DNA of 64,000 nucleotides from Zootoca vivipara (lineage: Eukaryota). The position numbers were made by a program, and so were the translations under genes. Below are positions 1 to 9,682 of the stretch, piece after piece. The first letter of the stretch is position 1; every line of letters begins with the position of its first letter. The notes under the pieces were generated by a model. That model did no database searches and was not told the DNA's origin. It saw nothing but the letters and a program-made list of their open reading frames with translations. The stretch is from assembly GCF_963506605.1 (NCBI RefSeq), contig NC_083276.1, forward strand, positions 45,880,001 through 45,944,000. The letters run 5' to 3'.

Positions 1-354
1 AGAGATGGGACTCCTTGTGGCAAAGAAATGATGTGTATTAATGGGGAGTGCAAGAGTGTGTCCCTCTTGAAATATGATTGCAATGTCACAAAGTGCCATA
101 ATCGAGGAATATGCAACTCTCACAAACATTGTCACTGTGATAATGGCTGGGCCCCTCCAGACTGTCAAAACAAAGGTAATGGTGGCAGCATTGACAGCGG
201 ACCTCCTCCACCACGGAAGGCTTCACTCCATATTGGCATCATTATAGGAATTATAGCAGCAACTGTATTTCTTGTTTTTTCTGTTTCTGGGCTGGGTATT
301 TATTTCAGGAAGCCTCTGAGAGAGCGGTTTGTAATAAAACCAGAAAGAACATAG
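1..354 (+). CDS. 3' end of ADAM20/21-like gene (copy 1; Cys-rich end, EGF-like domain, TM, short tail); 5' part outside window
   Basis: RDGTPCG...CHNRGICNSHKHCHC...[10 protein letters not shown] plus hydrophobic TM; near-identical to the ends of copies 2 and 3; TAG at 352-354 where paralogs have CAT/TAT. Confidence 0.85.
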   Translation, partial: RDGTPCGKEMMCINGECKSVSLLKYDCNVTKCHNRGICNSHKHCHCDNGWAPPDCQNKGNGGSIDSGPPPPRKASLHIGIIIGIIAATVFLVFSVSGLGIYFRKPLRERFVIKPERT

Positions 355-1792
355 GAAGACAATATAAAAGAGGGAGAAAATCCCAACTGAATCAGAGAAT
401 TGAACAATACACTGAATGTGTCAAATAGATGTGCAGGAAATAATGGACAGTATTATGTAGTGATACATTTAAGTTTCTAAAGTTTTAAAAGCCCTTCATT
501 ACATTTGTCTACTTCGCACAACAGCGTAGAACTCTGCAATGTGTTGATGTTTTCTGTGTTCTCTAACTCTCAGAAGTATCTCCCTCAAGCCCACTGGGGA
601 AAAGAAACTTCTGTGGAGGAAACTAAATACTTTCAACAAAAGCCAGGCTCGGAATAAAATCCCATTTTCACAGAAACCAACATAACCACTGATGCCATTT
701 GAGTAACTGAGGTGATGTTCTAAAATATGCTAGTTGTAGAGCAGTAAAAAGGCAACAAAATACTTTAACAGCTGAGCACCACAATGTTATGTAATCTTAG
801 TGATTCCATGCCTTCATATCAAAGCAACTGAAGAATGGATACAGAGAACCGTGGAAACAAAAACAATGCTAAAATGACAAAATGTTTATTTGTTTAATTT
901 ATTCATCACACTTTAAAGAAAGTAATCCAAAGTGATTTATAATATAGAAACAAACACATACAGTACATTGAAACCAGCAGAAAATAAAATAAAAACCAAG
1001 GATAAATCTAAAATAAAATCCCATTTTTTAAAAGGCGGGATTAAAACATTCCACCCACTGGAGACCACAGATAACTAAAAACAAAGATCTAGCAAAAGAG
1101 GGGGGAGTTTTTGCTTAGTGCCTAAAGCTATTTCTTTATGATGCCAGGTGAGCCTCCTCCGGGGGAGCATTCCATAAGCAGGGAGCCGCCACTGAAAAGG
1201 CCCCTTCTTGTGTTTCCACACACACACACACCGAACTCCTGAGGAGGAGGCACAAGAAGAAAGGCGTCAGATGATTATTGTAGGGTCTATGCCGGTTTAA
1301 ACAGGGAGAGGTGTTTCTTCAAGTATTTGGGTACTGAGCCACAATAGGCTTTGTAGGTCAAAACCAGCAATTTGAATTGGGCCCAGAAATTGGGCCCAGT
1401 GTGGTTGGGCCAGGATTGGTGTTATGTGCTCAGATTGGTGTTATGTGCTCCGTGAGCAACCTGACTACTGAATTCTGTATCAACTTCTGAATTGCCTTCA
1501 AAGACAGCCCCATGTATAACACATTGAGTAATCTAACCCAGAGGTCATCAGAGTGTAGCTGGCCACCAGCCAAAGCTGATAGAAGGCACTTCATGCCACC
1601 AAGGCCGCTTGAGCCTCAAGTGATAGCAAAGCGAAGTTTCCAGATGTGTAACCCCATCAAGAGCAGTCCATTTCCCATCCATCCAGTCCAGGGAACCATT
1701 CACTTCAGTTTAATCTGAATTGAGCTTCAGTTTATTGGCTCCCATCCAGTCTATTACTAAGTCAAGACATCAGTCATGCACATCCACTGCTA

Positions 1793-4044
1793 CAGGGGCG
1801 TAGCCAGGATCAAAACTAGGGGGGGGCAAGCCATGGTCGTTCAGGGGCGGGGCCCCGAAGTGGGAACGTGGCCAGGGCTACAGGGCCAGCTGGCCCGATG
1901 ATATCGTGGCGGCGGGAGCGGCAGCGGCCACCTTGTGCTTCTGGGGCTGGCAGCATCGGCGGCTACCCTGCTTGGCTGGAGAGGACGGGAGGGTCGGGCA
2001 GGTGAGAGGGGGTGACAGGGCGGGCGAGGGCGAGGCAAGGCACGGCCGCAGACACGACGGCTCCAAGGCATTGCTGCATATCAGCATAATATTTCAACCA
2101 TGTTGTGGGTTCAAGCCCCACCTTAGGAAAAAATTCCTGCATTGCAGGGGGTTGGACTAGATGACCCTTGTGGTCCCTTCCGACTACAATTCTATGATTC
2201 TATTGATATATAGCCATAGCATATGCATCATTCTGCTTTCTTGAATTGTCCTACTAGGCATAGCAGCCAACTCCTAGAGGCCTAGGCGCATGCGCAAAGC
2301 GCTATTTCCGCTATTTTGCGCTTTGCGCATGCGCAAAGGCGTGCGGCGCTTCTGCGCACGCGCGCACGGTGAAAATACTTCCGGATTTGCAAAGTTCGTA
2401 ACCCGGGTTGTTCGTAACCCGAGGTGTTCGCAACCCGAGGTATGACTGTACTGTATTTTAAAGAGTCAACCCCCCCATGTTGATGGGCTTTCTATGTGGG
2501 GCTTTTCTGCCCCCCCTCGTATTTTATTAAGGATGGAAGAGGGAAGGAAGGAAGAAATAGAGAGAGGGATAACTCATATTTGTGGGTGCCTCTGGGTGAT
2601 GCTGTGATGCTGGAACTCTGCAGTAAGAGGACGGGAGGGTCGGGCAGGCGAGAGGGAGTGGCAGGGCGGACGAGGGCGAGGGAAGGCACGGCCGCAGTCA
2701 CGACAGCTCCGAGGTGTTGCTGCATATCAGCATAATATTTCAACCATGTCGTGGGTTCAAGCCCCACCTTGGGAAAAAGATCCTGCATTGCAGGGGGTTG
2801 GACTAGATGACCCTTGTGGTCCCTTCTGACTACAATTCCATGATTCTATTGATATATTACCATAGCATATGCATCAATCTGCTTTCTTGAATTGTCCTAG
2901 GCATAGCAGCCAACTCCTAGAGGCCTAGGTGCCGCCACCCCCCAATTACTGGTAAATACTGTATTTTAAAGAGTCACCCCCCCATGTTGATGGGCTTTCT
3001 ATGTGGGGCTTATCTGCCCCCCCCCGTATTTTATTAAGGACAGAAGAGGGAGGGAAGGAAGAAATAGAGAGAGGGATAACTCACATTCGTGGGTGCCTCT
3101 GGGTGACGCTGTGATGCTGGAACTCTGCAGCAAGAGGAAGATACTGGTACGCCTGTACAGGAGCCTTGCAAGCAGCTTTCTCTCTGCTTGATTTACAGCA
3201 GGCACGTCCAACAGGTAGATTGTGATCTACCAGTAGATCACTGGATGTCTGTGGTAGATCACTGCTAGATCACTGGCACCCCTAAAAAAAGCTCACCCAA
3301 AATTTTCCTCCTCCCTAAAAAAAGCTGAACTACCGTTATGACCTGAAGCCCTAAACAAAAATGGGCCTCCCTTCCTCCTAAAAGAAGCTCAACAAGTTTG
3401 ACCTAAACTCAAAAAAACAGGGCTTCCCTTCCTTAAAAAAACTCAACAGCTTTGACCTGAACCCCCCAAAAGGGGGTAGATCACTCCCAGTTTTTAACTC
3501 TGTGAGTAGATCAGAGTCTCTTGGGAGGTGGCCACCCCTGATTTACAGTATACAGATGCAGGAGGAGGGGCAGACTGGAACACCTCTGCTTTTTATAAAC
3601 ATCACTGTGTCTATCAAAAGCTACAGCCCCCCCTTTTCTTATTCATTTCCTTTTAGCCTTGCAGAGCCACCTTAGTCAATGCACCCTCATTAAATCGCCA
3701 ATAGAACTCTTAATGCGATCCCTGAATGCTCATTAACAACTACCACTGAAGAATAATAGGGTGAATTGGTCAGCTATCAAACCTTGCCTGAAGGGATTTT
3801 CTGCTCCATTGTCTTAACTGCTTAAGTACCGGTAGCCACTTTGCTTTATTTATTTGATGTGTTTTTGTTACAGCTGTGTTCTCGCCCCCCCCAGCAAGTG
3901 GAGAGCTGCTCTCGCTAAAGCAAAGCCCTTCCACTTCAGTTTTTGGAGGGGAAAAGTGCTGGTTATGGTCTGTAAAATACAATAATAATTTTTTGCTTCT
4001 AGGGGGGGCAGCTGCCCCCTCCTGCCCCCCTGCCTACGCCCATG
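1793..4044. mobile_element. Composite non-autonomous hAT-like element with internal duplications and nested SINE/MITE pieces
   Basis: 8-bp TSD CACTGCTA (1785-1792, 4045-4052); imperfect TIR CAGGGGCGTAG/CATGGGCGTAG; ~1970-2290 repeated at ~2620-2930 and ~2450-2625 repeated at ~2958-3135. Confidence 0.7.
3199..3540. mobile_element. hAT MITE nested in the 1793-4044 element
   Basis: 8-bp TSD ATTTACAG (3191-3198, 3541-3548); CAGG...CCTG ends; ~59-bp internal repeats. Confidence 0.7.
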
Positions 4045-5226
4045 CACTGCTACACTTGTTGATGTAAATAAATCCAGCTGTGTGCCATCAACATATTGCT
4101 GTCAACATATTGCAAGACTCTGGATGACTCCATTCAGCCATTTCCTGTAGACAGGGCCTTCTCAAGCACATCCGGCACCGTGATGCAAAGATCCCTCCGG
4201 CACCCTGCCCCCCCTGTTTCCCAGAGTTGTCAACCTTTTTTTAAGGGGAGGACCCCAAAGTTGTTGACCTTTTAAGGAAAGGTTTCCCAGAGCTGTTGAC
4301 CTTTTTTAAGGGAGCTGACACCACGCTTACATATTATCTCTGCTAGGGGAAAGAAAACAGGAAACATAAACCTTTTAAAGTTTTTCATTTATTAACAATG
4401 CACTTATATATACACCACTACCACATTTTGTTTTTTCTTGTTTTTTGCAGATTTAAGATCTTATTATGTAACACCTTGTTTTTAACAATGTTTATTTCTT
4501 TTTATATTCAGATCTTTTTTAAAAAAAACTAAATGACTACAAAGCCAGTCCAACAGTTCTTTTTTCAGAAAAACAATCCAAGAGGCTCACAGCTGAGCAA
4601 AGCCGGAAATTATAGATAAAGCCAAAATCTGGCAACAGGCAGGAAGGGTTTTTTTTTTCTTAACTAGGTGTGCGTGTTCATGTATGATGTGTAAAAGAGA
4701 AAAAAATCTATAAGGAAGTGATGCTATGCAGCAAGAACTAGCTAATGTGATCTGCACAGAAACAACAGAATTAGGAAGCATCATTGTTTTAAACAAAAGC
4801 AAAAGATCCAGAAGGAATTGTCAGCTGGTATAGCAGTGCAACACTTTAGGCCATTTTTTGGCACGAAGAGGACAGATCAGTGTGATTTTTCATTCTAAGC
4901 ACTAGCAGGGCTTTTGTTGCACTGCCCACTGTGATCCAAGCCAATTTTGCTTGTGTTCCTCTCCACCTTTGAGATGTGTGCTTTCAGGGCCCACTGTATT
5001 CCTTTGATTGTTAACTGTTTTAAATTTTGAATTTTGAATTGTAACCCAATCTGGGACATGTAAAGGGTGTGTAATTAATGACGACGACAACAACAACAAC
5101 AACATGAAATAGTAGAAATTGCTTTAGGTACGTGCATACTTTTTGGTCACTAACACTAGTAATCAAGAGGAAAGGTTAGCAAAATTTTCAAGTTCAGAGG
5201 TCATCATGATTTCCAACACTTATTTC

Positions 5227-6603
5227 TTATTTCTTTTTTTTTAATGATGTTTATTCATTTTAAAAAGATACAGCATACAAAAAAGACAAAAACAAAAATA
5301 CAAGAAAAAAATCAAAAAATAACAGCAAAAACTTGACTTCCCCCTTCCTGGGTCCATTTTTAATTCCATCTTAGCAATTTTCATATTATATCTTAAATCA
5401 TTTTCAACATCTATTATTCTTAACCTTTAATCCTCAAATATTCCTAACGCAGAAATTAACTTCCCAACTAACCATCTTCTATTTCATCCCTTAGCCTAAA
5501 ATTAATTCCCAAAAATATCCATAAAATCAAACATTACTTATTATATCCTAACAACATTTAAGCACTTACATCTAATTCAGCCCCCCCTCCCCTGGTATCT
5601 CCCAGATGGCTCAGCCAGTTCCATGAATCAATCCAGTTTCAGATGTTCTTAAGCAGACAGAAAAATTAAAAAAAAAACTCTTATTACTTCTTACCCCACT
5701 ACTGGCATCTTTCACGTCTCAGATTTCCTGGGAACAGCAGAGTTGTAAGGCAGGAAATGGCGCAGTTTATATCTCCAATCTTCAAAAGCAAAATTTATGT
5801 CCAAACTGGGTGCAACTTATCATTTTAAATTCTTGCTCATACATTTTTTCCATATGCATTTATGAAGAGAACATTTATCAATCTCAGTCATACATTTTGT
5901 ATTCTCTTCACTTCTTACAATTCCAACCTCAAAGAGGTAAACACATTCCTTCCTTATTGTGATGTCATAATGGCAGCTCGTTGATCCCTCCAGGGACCCA
6001 TTTCCAGCGTACAGGGGGACTTTCCCCAGTCCAAAAAATAAATCTTTTACAGGGATTTCTCCCCCCCCAATCAGCCCTTCTCCCCTTTACCCTGCCTCAA
6101 GGGGAGAATTTAAGTACAAATCTTTGGGAATTTAAAACTTCCCGTCAGTCTTTCCAGCTTCGGGTATAATTAACTGCTTTCTCACTTCACACAGTGGGGG
6201 AGATCAACTTCCATTTTTTGGATCTCCTCCCATGGCCAATTCCTTCTAATTTTCAAATTTTAAAAATCATTTTCTTTTACTCACGGTGTCCAATGTCCTC
6301 AGATCTCTTTATTTTGGGGAAAATCCACCGCTCCTCCGCTGCCGGCTCGGAGCTTCGCTCTGTGAGGGTAGCAATTGACTCAAAAATGGCACCCGCGACT
6401 CTACTCCGCTCGCTCTCAGGGCTCTTAAAAGAGCTTACTGGGGAGCGGAGGATTCGCTTCTGGACGCAGCTGAGCTCCTACGCCCCCAGAAAGCTTTTGG
6501 GGGTCTGTGGTACTCTCGCGGCTCCCCCCTCCCTCACAGTGCCAGGAACCTCGGAGCTTGAGGTTTCCTTGCCGATCAGCGCTGGCGGTAGACCGGAAGT
6601 CCA
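5227..6603 (-). mobile_element. Short L1-like non-autonomous retroelement
   Basis: 18-bp TSD ATTTCCA(A/G)CACTTATTTC (5209-5226, 6604-6621); A-rich tail at left end; GC-rich 5' end beginning GGACTTCCGGT. Confidence 0.6.
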
Positions 6604-7303
6604 ATTTCCAGCACTTATTTCAGCCCTGAAACCTATGGCTATTGTTTGGTTGTTGGGGGGGGGGAGCAGGGAGGTAGTTTATTCCCATGAAAGCAGATGT
6701 GCTTCAAGAGTTAAACAACAAGCTAATGACAGATTTTTTTCATTTTCACCATAGTTTTCTGCCAAACAGGTGCTCAACGGATTATTTTGATTAAACTGAT
6801 TATTTGGATATTGTTTTTTAGAACCAATTACTTGGTACAAATGTAATACATCATCTTTAAATATCACATAAGAAGGCCCAGTCCTGCCTTACTCCCCCAA
6901 CAATCAATGGGACTTCACCTATTCCTGAGTTGCACCATATACAAAATACAGTAGCTTTTAAAAAAACCTGTTGCACCAAGCCAGTGATCCACCTAGTCCA
7001 GCATCCTGTTCTCACAGTGGCAAAGCTCACCTGCAATTTCCAGCAGCTGACCTTCAGAAGCATACTATCAAGAAGTACCACTTAGAACAGGGGTCCCCAG
7101 ACTTACCCGCCTTCGGGCCGGAGGGCGGGGGAGTGCGCGCGCAGTGGGCCAGAGGGTGGGGGAGTGCGTGCCAGTGCACATGCGCACACCCATTTACTGG
7201 CGCGGTGGCGCGCTTCCAGGCCGGAACAATCGCTGAAAATTGTTATGCACATGCGTATGGGCCTCCCCCGACCCGGAAGTGCACCTCCCCCGACCCGGAA
7301 GTG

Positions 7304-7666
7304 TGTCGGAGAACCAGCCGACTCTTAGGTGCGAGGAAATCACGAGACGAGAGTCAGGAGTTTCAGATTGAGAGCATGAGCAGAGTGCTGAGCGAAGTGC
7401 TGCCTGCCTCTCAGCCTCAGCTCCTTTATTATGGATGGTTTCCTTGTAAAAAACATTAACCTTTTAACCTATACATGACTCATGCAAACAAGGAAGATGT
7501 GTAAACAGACAGGCTGGCGCCAGTGGTCCTGTGGTCCTGTGGTAAATCACTTGATTGATTACTCCCCAATAAACCTGTGCCTTACACAGAGAACTCCATT
7601 TGTACATTCCCACAGAGTGTTTCCTGTGTATTTTCCCACAGAGTGTTTCCTGTGTATATTCCCACA
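7304..7666 (-). repeat. ERV 3' LTR
   Basis: Identical by eye to 12477-12839; preceded on - strand by PPT AAAAATAAAAAGAAAGAGGTGA (~7667-7688). Confidence 0.95.
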
Positions 7667-7703
7667 TCACCTCTTTCTTTTTATTTTTAAGCAACAGGGT
7701 AAA

Positions 7704-8969
7704 TTAACACGTGGGAAGCCAGATAGGGAGTCGCTGATACCTCGCAATGAAGGCTCCATGTGAAATTCCAGTGGAGAGGTGTGCAGCCTGAAACCAGGTC
7801 ATGCATTGACCAAAGAGGGAGGGTAAACATTGAATGCAGCAACATAACATAACCAAGCCACAGGCTAATCCTATAAGCGTCAAAAGTGTTTTCCTGATCC
7901 AGGCACCGTTAGGCAACCAAGACAGCAGCCATTCCCATGGATCAAAACCCATGGCAGGTTGCAAGGGCCGTGCAGCCACCAAGTTCTCCATTTCTTGTAT
8001 AGTATGAGTAATGTTAGGACCATTATCTTGCACATACATGCAACAATGACTATGTATTAAGGCACATACGCCTCTTTTCGAGGCTAAAATCACATCCTGT
8101 AATTCTGTATTGATCAATTTCATGCCTTTAACTGTGTCATTGAACAAAGCCTCTGTCCAGTTAGCTAAGTGATGCAAATCTCTATAATTCATTGCTACTC
8201 CTAATAATGGCAAAATACTACGAGCTATCTGAGTATCAATATATTGTGTTATAGGGGCATTGACTTCGTGTTTATTGCGCAAGCAGGTGCGAGGAAGAGC
8301 ATCTAACTTATACACCAGTGGTATCACTACCCCTAGAGTGCAAGTCCCTGAAAAAGCAGAGGGAATCTCTTTGTATGCTTTCTTACCACACAAAAGCCAC
8401 AGATTTGATTGTAACACGCATGTGGATCTCCAACTCTTTTTCATCCAATCAAACCATGAATGAAAATCACGGCATGTAGCCTGTTGGTAATATGTCATGT
8501 ATCTGGTAACATTATTAATTGTTACCTTGGGCCTGCCGCTTTGGGTAGTGACGTTAAGAAAACAAGAGCTACCATTAACATACTCATAAGTCCAATTACA
8601 ATAAGGATAAGGACCTAAAAATCTGCTACTATCGTGATTAAAATGAAAACATCGTGGAGCTACTTCTAATAATGATAATATAACAGGGGGTGAACTAATA
8701 CGATTATCTCTCATATTATTACTAATTCTAAAAGAATCATTAATAGGAATACCATGCAGTAATATACCCTAATGTCTTGACTACGAGGGAATATGTAAGC
8801 AAATCCAACAATCAGAATAGTTAAGCAATTTCGCAAACTGAGAAATATCCTGTACATAGGTATTATTATCCCATATGGAATGATAAGAGTCATGTCTTTG
8901 ATACTTCTGTAAAATGGCAGCACGCCTAGAGCGATTATGGCTTGCAGATCGAATAAATGGAAGGTGATC
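7704..8969 (-). pseudogene. env: ERV env remnant, gamma-type (SU CWIC, TM CX6CC)
   Basis: CWIC at 8799-8810 followed by a stop; ORF 7704-8714 has GTCTLG, RNKH (degenerate furin site), CALIHSHCC and a TM helix; ISD missing. Confidence 0.8.
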
Positions 8970-9682
8970 TTAACGGAGTGCAGCCATATTTAGAGCACGA
9001 TGCCGCCAGGTGCAATGGTGTGTCAGACCGGGTGACAGGTGCTGTCCTCCAGAAAGAGTGTAGAAAGGTCTGCCTCCTCCCTCAGCGGCATCTGCGACTG
9101 AATGGGCTGAAGAAGAAGCTGTAGATGATTGCCAGGGTCGTACACAGCGTGCTGGCACCCACAGAGGGTCCCCATCGATGGCATATCCATGTCCCCAGGT
9201 AATCAGCAGTACAGGGCCACGCCATGCTGGATCCGGATGTTTCCTGAAAGACACAAGGGAGCAAGGCAGATCCTCCTCTTTTCTAAAATGTAATTCTGCT
9301 GGAGGAAGCTGCTTATCATGCAGATATAAAAGATTAAAAAGCACTTGATGCACAATATTAGGTATTTCAGCAATAGGAGCGTTCTTTCCACTAAGTTGTG
9401 GAAAAAGCAGAGATTTAAAAGTTGAATGCTCAACAATTGCTTGTCCTGTAGAATTAAAAGGAATACCATGAGTTAATTTCACATTCCACAATTCACAGAA
9501 ATCAGAAAATCGCTTAGAAATATACGCTGGGCCATTATCCGTTTTGATGCTGCTAGGCTTTCCCATGACCGAAAAACAGCGCAGAGTGTGCTGTATTACG
9601 TGCCTGGCTGTCTCCCCTTTTAAGGGCGTCGCCCAGATGAAGCCCAAAGACGTGTCCACCGTGAGGTGCAGTCTTGAAAAAA
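8970..9682 (-). pseudogene. pol: ERV integrase core/C-terminus, frameshifted from the upstream ORF
   Basis: VDT..IKTDNGPAY..GQAIVE..WRGP..WVPARCVRP; one extra base in the A6 run at 9677-9682. Confidence 0.8.

Larger units (their letters stand above)
880..4160 (-). mobile_element. Degraded L2 LINE 3' fragment, interrupted by the 1793-4044 insertion
   Basis: Minus-strand remnants resembling SRLDYCN (~1520-1540) and QYADDTQL (QQYVDGTQL, ~4075-4105); boundaries approximate. Confidence 0.55.

Noticed and set aside
3280-3480. Regularly spaced ~59-bp repeats, superficially array-like
   Set aside because: Degenerate tandem repeats within a MITE, with no unique spacers; vertebrate DNA, not CRISPR
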